From an uncultured Ectothiorhodospiraceae bacterium (GTDB lineage: Bacteria; Pseudomonadota; Gammaproteobacteria; Nitrococcales; Nitrococcaceae), in contig CAJXMZ010000001.1 in assembly GCA_913056315.1 (NCBI GenBank), positions 31-64,030 of the forward strand: a stretch of 64,000 nt of DNA, in the 5' to 3' direction. Numbering within the stretch: the stretch's first letter is position 1; each line of letters starts with the position of its first letter. This document shows positions 21,743 through 31,010 of this stretch, one piece after another. Both the position numbers and the translations under genes were made by a program. The notes under the pieces were generated by a model. It did no database searches, was not told where the DNA came from, and saw nothing but the letters and a program-made list of their open reading frames with translations.

Positions 21743-22705
21743 TTAGGCGCTTTCGCCAATCGGGGTGGGGCTTTCGGCAAGGATGCCGTCGAGCTCTTGT
21801 AATGCGCCCATCAGGTCTTGGACGAGCCCGTAGTCAGCCACCTCAAAAATAGGGGCCTCGGGATCGGTGTTAATCGCCGCAATAACCTGCGATTCACGCA
21901 TGCCCGCCATGTGCTGTATGGCCCCGGAAATGCCCACGGCCAAGTAAAGTTTGGGGGCGACCATTTTGCCGGTCTGGCCGACCTGATAGTCGTTGGTGAT
22001 ATAGCCCGCATCAACGGCCGCTCGACTCGCTCCAACCGCGGCGCTTAGGCGATCGGCGACGCGTTTGACCAAAGCGAAGTTCTCTTGTGATCCCACGCCG
22101 CGGCCGCCAGAAATGACAATGTCGGCGGTGGTGAGCTCAGGTCCTTCGCCACCGCTTAGCTGCATGCCCAAATGCTCGACTAAGGCGCTGTCGCTGCCAG
22201 GCTCAATGGGGCTGATGCTGGCGTCACCGCCGCCGGTGGCAATGGGTTCAAACGCCGTGGCGCGAACGGTAATAACCCGTTGCGCGTCATGGCTGCGCAC
22301 GGTGGCCAGTGCATTGCCGGCATAAATCGGCCGCACAAAGGTTTGCGCGTCAATAACACCACTAATATCAGAGATTTGCTGCACATCCAGCCGCGCGGCA
22401 AGCCGCGGGAAGATGTTTTTGCCGTGGCTGGTTGCCCCGGCAAGCACATAGTCATAATTGGCCGCTAGTGACTCCAGCACCCAAGCCACGCCCTCGGGTG
22501 GCTGTGTCGCCAGATGGTTGGCCTGGGCGGTGAAAACCTGCCGAATACCAGCGATTTGCGCCGCCTCAGTGGCAACGCTGGCGCAGTCACTGGCACACAC
22601 CACCATGTCAATTGGCCCATCGAGCGCCTGCGCGCAAGTGATTGCCGAGCGTGTGGCCGAGCTCAACTGACCGGCATCGTGTTCGGCATAGATTAAAATG
22701 CTCAT
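21743..22705 (-). CDS. etfA: Electron transfer flavoprotein alpha subunit
   Basis: RPIYAGNA, SGGRG, GASRAAVDAG, QVGQTGK, GISGAIQH.AGM. Confidence 0.96.
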   Translation of the reverse strand: MSILIYAEHDAGQLSSATRSAITCAQALDGPIDMVVCASDCASVATEAAQIAGIRQVFTAQANHLATQPPEGVAWVLESLAANYDYVLAGATSHGKNIFPRLAARLDVQQISDISGVIDAQTFVRPIYAGNALATVRSHDAQRVITVRATAFEPIATGGGDASISPIEPGSDSALVEHLGMQLSGGEGPELTTADIVISGGRGVGSQENFALVKRVADRLSAAVGASRAAVDAGYITNDYQVGQTGKMVAPKLYLAVGISGAIQHMAGMRESQVIAAINTDPEAPIFEVADYGLVQDLMGALQELDGILAESPTPIGESA

Positions 22706-23454
22706 GGCATCACCCCGGCTTCGTTGCGTAGCTTTTCAATGAGTTCGCTCACACTATCGACCCGAACGCCTGGCGTGCGGGTCGGGGGTTCACGCACTTC
22801 CAGCACCTCAAGGCGTTGGTTGGCGGTGATGCCAAGGTCACTCAGTGTCAGCGCCTCAATCGGTGCGCGTTTGGCTTTCATAATGTCGGGTAGCTTTGGG
22901 TGGCGCGGGTCATTGAGGCGCAGATCAACGCTGATAATGCCCGGCAGCGTGACCGCCAAGCGCTCCAGCCCACCGTCAATTTCGCGCGTTGCAACCGCTT
23001 TACCTTGGGTGAATTCCAGTGCAGAGACCGACGTTGCCTGCCCCCAACCCTGTAGCGCGCCTAGCATTTGCCCGGTTTGGTTGGAGTCATCGTCAATCGC
23101 CTGTTTGCCCAAGATCACCAAATCGGGGGTCTCTCGCGCGCACAGCGCTTGCAGTGTCTTGGCAACCGTCAACGGCTCAAGATCAGCGGACGCATCAATG
23201 TGAATTGCTCGCTGGGCGCCCATGGCCAGTGCCGTGCGCAACTGCTCTTGGACCGCGTCGGGTCCGATGCTCACGGCAATGACTTCGCTGGCTTGGCCTG
23301 ATTCAACTAATCGAATGGCCGCCTCGAGTGCGATTTCATCGAAGGGATTCATCGACATTTTGGTATTGGCTGTCTCAACGCCGCTGCCATCGCTGGCAAC
23401 GCGAATTTTGACGTAGGCATCGACGACTCGTTTAACCGCTACTAAGACTTTCAT
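22702..23454 (-). CDS. etfB: Electron transfer flavoprotein beta subunit
   Basis: VAVKRVVD, MNPFDEIA.E, GKQAIDDD..QTGQML, DLRLN.PR. Confidence 0.96.
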   Translation of the reverse strand: MKVLVAVKRVVDAYVKIRVASDGSGVETANTKMSMNPFDEIALEAAIRLVESGQASEVIAVSIGPDAVQEQLRTALAMGAQRAIHIDASADLEPLTVAKTLQALCARETPDLVILGKQAIDDDSNQTGQMLGALQGWGQATSVSALEFTQGKAVATREIDGGLERLAVTLPGIISVDLRLNDPRHPKLPDIMKAKRAPIEALTLSDLGITANQRLEVLEVREPPTRTPGVRVDSVSELIEKLRNEAGVMP

Positions 23455-23522
23455 TGCGTTGTCCTTATTGACGCCGTTCGATCAAGAGTAACTGTGGGGT
23501 GATCAGACACACTGGTCTGAAT

Positions 23523-23549
23523 GCGACAACGCCTTGCACATCAGCGTCA
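23523..23549 (-). promoter_or_regulatory. Candidate GlxA/GbdR-type operator upstream of etfB
   Basis: Minus strand TGACGC-N15-TGTCGC (21-bp spacing). A single GGTCGC-N8-AA half-site lies on the + strand at 23586. Confidence 0.55.
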
Positions 23550-23676
23550 TAGGCCCGTTGGGCTGCGCGGTTAGGGAATAGCGGAGGTCGCAGTCTGAAA
23601 ACTGGGTACCCAGGGCCTGGGGCATTATTCCGGGGGTGACAAACCACATTCATGACTTATTCGGGAGGAGTCGAGC

Positions 23677-25023
23677 ATGAGCGGGAAACATCAATACCCA
23701 GGCGTTAATGACGCCGCGATCGAGCAGGTTAAAAGCGTCGATCAGTCCGATCGTTACGTGCCAATTAATTTACGCCAATCCGGTCGCACACCGGTTGAGA
23801 TGTTGATCTCAACACGCGTGCGCAAATCACCGTATTGGCATCTGGCCCACCAGGCAGGTTGCTGGCGCGCGACGGTGTATAACCGTATGTATCACCCCCG
23901 GGGCTATGTTCGCCCTGACGATGGCGGGGCGATGGTTGAATACGACGCCCTCGTTAATCATGTGACGATGTGGAACGTGGCCGTTGAGCGCCAGATCCAA
24001 GTCAAAGGCCCAGATGCCGAAGCCTTTGTGAACTACGTTATTACCCGCGATGCCACCAAAATCGCGCCAATGCACGGCAAATACGTGATTTTGTGTAATG
24101 AGGATGGCGGCATTCTCAACGATCCGGTTTTATTGCGGATCAGCCAAGATGAATTTTGGTTCTCGCTATCCGATAGCGATCTTGAGCTGTGGTTGCGTGG
24201 GCTGAACGTTAATAAAGGCTTTAATGTTTCTATTGCCGAAATTGATGTCTCGCCAGTGCAAATCCAAGGCCCCAAGTCTGAAGACTTAATGGCTGACTTA
24301 TTGGGCGAGGGCGTACGCGAGATTCCGTACTACGGGTTAATGGCCGGGCAGGTCGGTGGCCGCGATGTCATTGTCTCGCAGACCGGATTCACCGGTGAAA
24401 AGGGTTACGAGATTTATCTGCGTGACGCCACTTTGTACGCTGAGGATATGTGGAATGCGGTGCTCGCTGCGGGCAAAAAACATAACCTCATGGTGATCGC
24501 GCCAGCGCATCATCGCCGCATTGCCGCTGGCATTTTGTCTTGGGGTCAAGACATCGACATGGAAACGCTGCCGTTTCAATGCAACCTGTCGTATCAAGTG
24601 CCGCGCAATAAAGCAGCCGATTACGTCGGTAAAAAAGCGCTTGAGGCCGCGCGGGACAAAATTGAGGCGGGCAAGCCGCCCTACAAGCTCAAAATGGTGG
24701 GCTTGGCCTTTGGTGGGCTGCCGATTACCGACTACGCGCCAGACTTTTGGCTCGTGGCCGATCGCAATGCCAGTAACGCCAGCGGCTACATTAGCTCGCC
24801 TTGGTACTCGCCTGAGCTAGAGACCAATATTGCGCTGGCGTGGGTGCCGGTCGATCGCACAGAAGTGGGCACCGAGCTTGAGGTATGGCTGCCTGATGAA
24901 TATGTCCAAGGCCTGCCAAGCAACAAGGTCGAGGCTGAAGTGGTTAGCGTGCCGTTCCGGCCATCGGTTAACCCTAACGCCCGTGAGATCGCGAGTACTC
25001 GCGGTTTGGACTACGCCGAATAG
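23677..25023 (+). CDS. GcvT-family THF-dependent aminomethyl/methyltransferase, DmdA-like
   Basis: RVRKSPY, VYNRMYHP, VTMWNVAVERQ..VKGPDA, QIQGPKS, TGFTGEKGYEIY; GGAGG RBS. Confidence 0.85.
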   Translation: MSGKHQYPGVNDAAIEQVKSVDQSDRYVPINLRQSGRTPVEMLISTRVRKSPYWHLAHQAGCWRATVYNRMYHPRGYVRPDDGGAMVEYDALVNHVTMWNVAVERQIQVKGPDAEAFVNYVITRDATKIAPMHGKYVILCNEDGGILNDPVLLRISQDEFWFSLSDSDLELWLRGLNVNKGFNVSIAEIDVSPVQIQGPKSEDLMADLLGEGVREIPYYGLMAGQVGGRDVIVSQTGFTGEKGYEIYLRDATLYAEDMWNAVLAAGKKHNLMVIAPAHHRRIAAGILSWGQDIDMETLPFQCNLSYQVPRNKAADYVGKKALEAARDKIEAGKPPYKLKMVGLAFGGLPITDYAPDFWLVADRNASNASGYISSPWYSPELETNIALAWVPVDRTEVGTELEVWLPDEYVQGLPSNKVEAEVVSVPFRPSVNPNAREIASTRGLDYAE

Positions 25024-25035
25024 CTTGAACGAGGC

Positions 25036-25064
25036 GGGAGATCAATCCGCTGGATTGGTCTCCC
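25036..25064. terminator. Hairpin at the junction of convergent genes
   Basis: GGGAGATCAATCC-GCT-GGATTGGTCTCCC: 13-bp stem with one G-U pair on the + strand, no long U-tract. Confidence 0.5.
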
Positions 25065-25812
25065 CCGCACCGCGATGGCGCGAGGCATCGCTTGTTGGCA
25101 CGAGTCGTTGATCTCGAATAGCACTTAAATCCCGCCACAACGTGGCATCAATCTCAACGCCTTGATCCCACGCCCGGCGCGAGCGAGCTTCAAACTCCTC
25201 AGCGGTTACCATTTCGAGTAATTCCATATCCACGTGCTCAGCCGATGCCGCAGGCAGCATGGCAAAATCACGGGTTGCCATGAGAGTTAAGGTATCGGTG
25301 TCGGCTTCTTGTTCACCACCGCCATCAGCGCGAAAGCGTCGAAACACGGGTAACTTGGCGTCAGCCAGAGCGACGGCGACATTTTGTATGGCGCGTCGTG
25401 GCTCACCGGTGCACCAAAAGGCGGCAATATGATGACCGCGCCGGGCGCAGCGGGCTAGATAGCCAAGGATAAAGCTACGGTCACTACAGCCATGCAGTCG
25501 CACGATTCCCAAGCCGGTGGCGAGCGCTCGAGTGCAGGCTAAATCTGCCGCTAAGCTGCCGCCATGTAAAATCGATCCTTCATCCATTTGCATAATCACA
25601 CAGCCACCATCGGTGTGGGTGACGGTCAGGGCCGGCCAGCGGTTGTCGGCAAGCCGCGGAAGAATTTCACCTAATAATCGCGCGCCGCCCAGACCATGTT
25701 GCTCGAGCCAAACCACCATCTCAGCGGCATCCTCGTATTCGCCCGGGGGAAAGCCAAGGCTATCGAGTGCCCGGCGGCAGGTGCTAGTGAACTCATTTAG
25801 CGAGACGTGCAT
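25042..25812 (-). CDS. DUF3726-like protein
   Basis: N-terminal VSLNE...RRA...G...GEYEDAA....WLE..GL.G and C-terminal G.EID...W..L......LVP.S..SR..GAGE; last gene of the operon. Confidence 0.65.
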   Translation of the reverse strand: MHVSLNEFTSTCRRALDSLGFPPGEYEDAAEMVVWLEQHGLGGARLLGEILPRLADNRWPALTVTHTDGGCVIMQMDEGSILHGGSLAADLACTRALATGLGIVRLHGCSDRSFILGYLARCARRGHHIAAFWCTGEPRRAIQNVAVALADAKLPVFRRFRADGGGEQEADTDTLTLMATRDFAMLPAASAEHVDMELLEMVTAEEFEARSRRAWDQGVEIDATLWRDLSAIRDQRLVPTSDASRHRGAGETNPAD

Positions 25813-27560
25813 GGCGCTAGCTCCTCAACGGTTGGCTTGAGCGGCATCCACCAGTCATCGGCGAAGTGCGTGCCAATGTCTTCAATGCACGGTGCGCCTT
25901 GAAACATGGTGATACGGACCCAGCGATCAGAGCGGGGGTCAAATTTGGTTGCGCCAAAAAAGGCTAACTTACAGCGCAATAAGTGAATGGGCAGAGTCCC
26001 GCGTGCCAGGACATTGGCCCGAATATCGCCATAGGCATGTTCGGACAGCGTTTGCACCCGTCGAGCAATGGCCTTAAAGCGTGGATAGGCAAGCAAAAAC
26101 TCCACCAACGGCGTGGCTTGGCCTTGTTGTGCTTCCCACTCGCGTAGCGCCTGGTAGAGCGAGTCGGCTTGCCGGGCAATATCTAAGCCCATTTCGTTTT
26201 CTTCGCCTGGATCAACACCGCGCTCGCCCAGGCGCGGCTCTTCTTTTTCAGCGGAGCGATACCAAAACAAATGGGTTTGTTCGGGGTCGCTAAAGTCATA
26301 GGCAATGGCCCAGTCATAATCGCGACGAAGGCGAGCGAGCAGGTCATCGGTGCCCATTTCGGGCGTGAGATCTTGGGATTCGGCAGCCGCCATGGTTTGT
26401 TCAAGCTCATCGACACGCTCGGGATAGAGCTCCATGAGCAGTGAGTTTAATAACTCATTGGTTTCTAGCGAGGCATGCGCGCGCGACCAGTTCAGCAAAG
26501 CCTGCCAGAGCATGACTTCAGAGGTGTCCGTGCTGGCTAACCAATCACGGGCATCCGCGAGTTCTTGGCCCAAGCGTTGGTTGGCCTTGGACTGACGTGG
26601 GTCATCGGTATGTGTCTGCGCGGTGTGAGCAATGCTGTGATCGATTAAATCGATCATTTGCTGACGCGTTTGCTCATTGGGTATCTCACCCAAGCAGCGC
26701 GATAGCGCCGATTCACGCATGAGTAACCACTGATTAATGAGCTGCGGGTGGTTGATTAAAAACGGCGCCATTCCCAGGCCGGTGCTATTACCAATCCCTA
26801 AGTAGCGCTGCAGTTTTGGGTGCAAACCCACGGCGGTATCTGGCGCCCGCCGGCGAGCGATGTGTTCAACTTGGCGAATACTAAAATCGCGCAACAAATA
26901 CACCGAGAACATTTGTGCTGAAAATGGTAGCCCAAAGTCATCGGAGTCTCGCAGGCGCGGGTAGTCAGCAATGCCAAACTTGCCGTTGCCATAGACTGCT
27001 GTGGTTCGATACAAATACCCCACCTTGGCGAGCGCATCAGGGTCAGGTTGCTCGCCGCTGGCGAGTGCATCGACCATGGCGTCAAAGTTGCGCAACGAGC
27101 GGTTAGCGCGGGAGAGCACGAGCACGCGCGGATCGCAACGGCCTGCCTCTTGGCGTGGCACGTTTTCGCGCAAAACCGCTAAATAAGCCTCATCGACATC
27201 ACCTAGGCAAAGGGCAAACGCAAGGTCCCACGCTTGGGCAATGACCCGATCTGAGCGATCTTTAGCATCTAAGTGCTGGGCAAAGATAACCAAGTTATAG
27301 ATACGCGTGGGGCTGGCAATACGGTAAATGCAGGTCCCGTAGCCGTTATCGTCCAAGTCAAAGCGTTGGCGCTGGATGCCCCAGCGCTCGGCCATGACCT
27401 TGCGCATAATGGTGCGGATAAAGCTAATGCGGCACTGATGCAGACTGCCTAGTCGCTCTAAGTCCATGACTTCGCTGGCCGGCCGCAGTGGCACCCGACC
27501 GGTATCGGGGCGCGGATTATCGGCTTGTGTGCTAACAGTCCGGCGTACGGATGTTGCCAT
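25797..27560 (-). CDS. Conserved hypothetical protein, 587 aa
   Basis: Long ORF with RBS, overlapping the next gene. Motif-like blocks R.DRVIA.AWD, LSRANRS.R.F, GYLYRTTAVYGNGKFG.AD, GIGNSTGLGMAPFLINHP, FWY.S.EK.EPRLGER. Confidence 0.85.
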   Translation of the reverse strand: MATSVRRTVSTQADNPRPDTGRVPLRPASEVMDLERLGSLHQCRISFIRTIMRKVMAERWGIQRQRFDLDDNGYGTCIYRIASPTRIYNLVIFAQHLDAKDRSDRVIAQAWDLAFALCLGDVDEAYLAVLRENVPRQEAGRCDPRVLVLSRANRSLRNFDAMVDALASGEQPDPDALAKVGYLYRTTAVYGNGKFGIADYPRLRDSDDFGLPFSAQMFSVYLLRDFSIRQVEHIARRRAPDTAVGLHPKLQRYLGIGNSTGLGMAPFLINHPQLINQWLLMRESALSRCLGEIPNEQTRQQMIDLIDHSIAHTAQTHTDDPRQSKANQRLGQELADARDWLASTDTSEVMLWQALLNWSRAHASLETNELLNSLLMELYPERVDELEQTMAAAESQDLTPEMGTDDLLARLRRDYDWAIAYDFSDPEQTHLFWYRSAEKEEPRLGERGVDPGEENEMGLDIARQADSLYQALREWEAQQGQATPLVEFLLAYPRFKAIARRVQTLSEHAYGDIRANVLARGTLPIHLLRCKLAFFGATKFDPRSDRWVRITMFQGAPCIEDIGTHFADDWWMPLKPTVEELAPCTSR

Positions 27561-27571
27561 GGGTTCTCTCC

Positions 27572-28561
27572 TTAGTCTGATTTCGGCTTTAAGGCATCCT
27601 CGAGATAACCACGCCAGTTGCCTCCCATGAGCGCGTCCACTTCGGTGCGAGAAAATCCACGGGCTTCAAGCCCCGTTTCGATGTTGCCAAATTCACTGAC
27701 GCCGCCTAACCAGCTCAACGGCTCGGGCCAATGGGGTTGTTCGGCTGAGCCTTCCCCGTAGTCCAGGGTTTTGGCCCAGTTGCCGTTACGCATCCAAGTG
27801 AGCACTTCAACAGGCTGGTCTTGGCACAAATCGGTGCCGATGGCTAAGTGCTCAACGCCCATCACATCAACGGCGCGGGCCACCATGTCGGTAAACTCTG
27901 GCAACGTTGTTTTCGAACCATTGGGTAGATGAAACGGGTAGCAGCTAAAGCCCATGAGCCCACCGCTTTCGGCCAGCGCGCGCATGACACGCTCTGATTT
28001 GTTGCGCTCGGTCGCGCTTGCGCTCTGCGGGTTGGCGTGCGAAATCACCGTGGGGCGAGTGGAACAGGCGATCGCATCGAGGGTTGAGCGCTCAGCAGTA
28101 TGTGAGGTATCAACAATCATGCCAACGCGATTCATTTCACGAATAACGCTGCGTCCAAATCGCGATAGTCCGGCATCTTCGCTTTCTAAGTAGCCGCTGC
28201 ACAGCAGTGACTGATTGTTGTAAGACAGCTGCATGATGTGGACATCAAGTTGTTTAAACACTGAGACCAAGTCGATGCTGTCTTCAATCGGTGAGCAGTT
28301 TTGCAACCCCAGGATAATGCCCGTGCGCTGGCTTTGTCGGGCGCGATCGATATCGGCTGCGCTGCGCACCGGCATGATCAAATCGGCATGGGCCTCAAAA
28401 TGTCGATGCCATTGGCCAATATTGGCCATCAATTCCCGAGCACTCTCCCAATACGCCGCGGTCACATGCACCGCATCAAGCCTAGCCGCACGCATTTGCT
28501 CAAATATCTCGCGGCTCCAACGGCAGTATTGCAGCCCATCAATGCGCAGGCGCTCACTCAT
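27572..28561 (-). CDS. Membrane dipeptidase (M19)-like amidohydrolase with atypical N-terminal metal motif
   Basis: IDGLQY, GLQNCSP, MQLSYN, EMNRVGMIVD.SH, ISHANP, RNKS, IGTDLCQ. Confidence 0.85.
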   Translation of the reverse strand: MSERLRIDGLQYCRWSREIFEQMRAARLDAVHVTAAYWESARELMANIGQWHRHFEAHADLIMPVRSAADIDRARQSQRTGIILGLQNCSPIEDSIDLVSVFKQLDVHIMQLSYNNQSLLCSGYLESEDAGLSRFGRSVIREMNRVGMIVDTSHTAERSTLDAIACSTRPTVISHANPQSASATERNKSERVMRALAESGGLMGFSCYPFHLPNGSKTTLPEFTDMVARAVDVMGVEHLAIGTDLCQDQPVEVLTWMRNGNWAKTLDYGEGSAEQPHWPEPLSWLGGVSEFGNIETGLEARGFSRTEVDALMGGNWRGYLEDALKPKSD

Positions 28562-28564
28562 CGA

Positions 28565-30019
28565 CTAGCCCTCACCCGTGCGGATATAGCTGGTTTTAAC
28601 TCGAGTGTAGAACTCGCGCGCATATTGACCTTGCTCACGTGGGCCATAGCTTGATTCGCCGCGGCCACCGAAGGGAACGTGATAGTCGGTGCCAGCGGTG
28701 GGTAGGTTGACCATGGTGCAACCAAAGCGTGCTTGCCGGCGGAATGTGTTGGCCGCGCTGAGTGATTCGGTAATCACCCCAGCGGTTAAGCCAAAGCGCG
28801 TGTCATTCGCCACGCTAAGCGCTTCATGCGCATCTTTAACGCGTATGACGCAGGCAATGGGGCCGAACATTTCTTCTTGGTTAATGCGCATCGCATTGTG
28901 GGTATCGGTGAATAGGGTGGGTGCTAAAAAGTAACCTTGGGTGTTGGCTTTGACTGGTTCGCCGCCAAACGCCAGGGTTGCGCCCGCTTGCTTGGCGGTC
29001 TCAATCCAGTCGAGGTTTTGTTGAAACTGATCCGCATCAACAATTGGCCCGATTTGCGTATTCGGATCAAGTGCGTGGCCGACCGGCGCATTGGCCAGTC
29101 GCGCGCATAGGGCGTCAACGAATCGGTCATGCATCGCATCGGTGACAATCAGGCGTGATGAGGCGGTGCACTTTTGGCCGCTGCCGGAGTAACCCCCCAC
29201 AAACGCGCACTGCACGGCCGTATCGATGTCGGCGTCATCTAAAATGACCAATGGATTCTTTGAACCCATTTCCATTTGCACGCGGGTGAGTTGACCCATG
29301 GCGCGCAAGCCCACTTCGCGGCCTACTTCAACCGAGCCGGTAAAGCTGATCGCATCGACATCGGCAGCGCCCGATAGCGCATCGCCGACCGCACGGCCGG
29401 GACCCATCACTAAGTTAAAGGTGCCGGCGGGCATGGCTTGGCGTGACATGATTTCAGCAAAATGCCAAGCGCTTGCAGGCACTAAGTTGGCGGGTTTCCA
29501 TACCACTGAATTGCCAAAGGCAAGCGCTGGGGCAATTTTCCAAACCGCGGTGGCAAGTGGAAAGTTCCATGGTGATATCACGCCCACCACACCCACCGGC
29601 TCACGTTGGGCAAGCACCTCAATGCCGGGTCGCACTGAGTCGGTGATGTCACCGATTTGCCGGTGGACCTCGGCTGCGTAGTAATGAAAAAACTGACCGG
29701 CTCGGTAGATCTCGCCCTTGCCTTCGGCCAGTGGTTTGCCTTCCTCGCTTGAGAGGATACGACCGAGTTCTTCGGCGCGGGCGATCAGCTCGGTGCCAAT
29801 ATTGAGCAAGGTGGTATAGCGCGCCTCAAGTCCGATCGCCGCCCACTGCGGCTGCGCCTGTCGTGCCGCGGCGATAGCGGTATGCGTTTGTTCGGCATTG
29901 GCCTGACTAAATTGGCCTAAATGCTGGCTCAAATCTGAGGGGTTTTGGTTGTCAATAACCCCGGGTCCTTCAAGCCATTCCCCGGCAATAAAATTCTTAT
30001 GCAGTGCTTGCTCAGTCAT
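28565..30019 (-). CDS. Aldehyde dehydrogenase (alpha-ketoglutaric semialdehyde dehydrogenase-like)
   Basis: PWNFP, WKPA, FTGS, catalytic Glu MEMGSKNP, Cys GQKCTA, EEMFGP, PFGG; GGAGG RBS before ATG 30019. Confidence 0.9.
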   Translation of the reverse strand: MTEQALHKNFIAGEWLEGPGVIDNQNPSDLSQHLGQFSQANAEQTHTAIAAARQAQPQWAAIGLEARYTTLLNIGTELIARAEELGRILSSEEGKPLAEGKGEIYRAGQFFHYYAAEVHRQIGDITDSVRPGIEVLAQREPVGVVGVISPWNFPLATAVWKIAPALAFGNSVVWKPANLVPASAWHFAEIMSRQAMPAGTFNLVMGPGRAVGDALSGAADVDAISFTGSVEVGREVGLRAMGQLTRVQMEMGSKNPLVILDDADIDTAVQCAFVGGYSGSGQKCTASSRLIVTDAMHDRFVDALCARLANAPVGHALDPNTQIGPIVDADQFQQNLDWIETAKQAGATLAFGGEPVKANTQGYFLAPTLFTDTHNAMRINQEEMFGPIACVIRVKDAHEALSVANDTRFGLTAGVITESLSAANTFRRQARFGCTMVNLPTAGTDYHVPFGGRGESSYGPREQGQYAREFYTRVKTSYIRTGEG

Positions 30020-30094
30020 GAGCCCTCCTGTGCGCTTCATTACCCCATGCTCGGTATACGCCAGGAAAAAGTAAAGTTAATTAAAAAAATGTTT

Positions 30095-30113
30095 TAATAA
30101 GTAAATCCTATTA
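30095..30113. promoter_or_regulatory. LysR-type T-N11-A box in the AT-rich divergent promoter
   Basis: TAATAAG-TAAAT-CCTATTA imperfect inverted repeat, with T30098-N11-A30110. Confidence 0.45.
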
Positions 30114-30125
30114 TAAAAGGGCGGG

Positions 30126-31010
30126 GTGATGGCGTTAAAAATCCAACCGTTGCGATATTTTTTGCTGGTGGCGCAGACGCATAGTTATCAGGCAGCTGCC
30201 ACGCTTTGCGCGCGCAGTCAGCCCGCCGTATCGCTGGCGATACGCGAGTTAGAAAACCAACTCGGCCAAGCCTTATTTGAACCTGGCCGACATGCCCAGC
30301 TCACACCGTTTGGCCGTGAGCACTATGCGCAAGTTAAAGCGCTTGTTGATCATCACGAGCGCGTCGAACAATCGTTGGTCAACAGCGCGCAGCGCCGAAT
30401 TGGGCAGGTCGCGCTGGCGTCGATTCCGTCCTATGCCGGTCAGCGGTTGCCGGCGGTGCTCGTGCACTTTGCCCACGAATACCCCCAAATTGAGGTATCG
30501 GTGCAGGATGACACGGCTGAGCAGGTGCAGCGTTGGGTCGTTGAGCGCCGGGTGGACTTCGGTATTGGTACGCAGTTTGCGCTCGACCCTGAGCTGGGTT
30601 TTGAGCACCTGGCCGAAGATCAAATGGGTGTGGTGTGTCGACCCGATCACCCGCTTGCCGCCAGCACGCAACCCTGCGCTTGGAATGAGCTGGCCGCTTA
30701 TACGCTAATTACCAACGGGACATTTCGTGAAGTCAACGACCCCGAGGCGCAGGCCATATTAGATGGTGCTCGGTTTCACGTGCCCAACATCGTCTCACTA
30801 CTGGCGATGGTACGCGGTGGGCTGGGTATTACCCTCCTGCCGGCCCTGTCGCTATTTGGCCGGCAGCCGGATCTGATTTTTCGGCCATTAGCCGGGCCGA
30901 GCGCGAGTCGTGATATTGGCTTAATTAGCCCGCTGCATGAGACACCGCGTCCGGCTGCGGCGGCGTTAATGGCGTTGATAAAGGCGCAAGCGCAACAGCA
31001 CAAATCTTAA
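30126..31010 (+). CDS. LysR-family transcriptional regulator
   Basis: LRYF..VA...S...AA....SQPAVS..IRELE..LG..LF HTH, then a substrate-binding domain; divergent from the ALDH operon. Confidence 0.92.
   Translation: MMALKIQPLRYFLLVAQTHSYQAAATLCARSQPAVSLAIRELENQLGQALFEPGRHAQLTPFGREHYAQVKALVDHHERVEQSLVNSAQRRIGQVALASIPSYAGQRLPAVLVHFAHEYPQIEVSVQDDTAEQVQRWVVERRVDFGIGTQFALDPELGFEHLAEDQMGVVCRPDHPLAASTQPCAWNELAAYTLITNGTFREVNDPEAQAILDGARFHVPNIVSLLAMVRGGLGITLLPALSLFGRQPDLIFRPLAGPSASRDIGLISPLHETPRPAAAALMALIKAQAQQHKS

Noticed and set aside
23455-23676. Possible glycine or THF riboswitch in the etfB/GcvT intergenic region
   Set aside because: No recognisable aptamer core (e.g. glycine GGAGA...CCGAAG...CTCTCAGG); better explained by divergent promoters with AraC sites.
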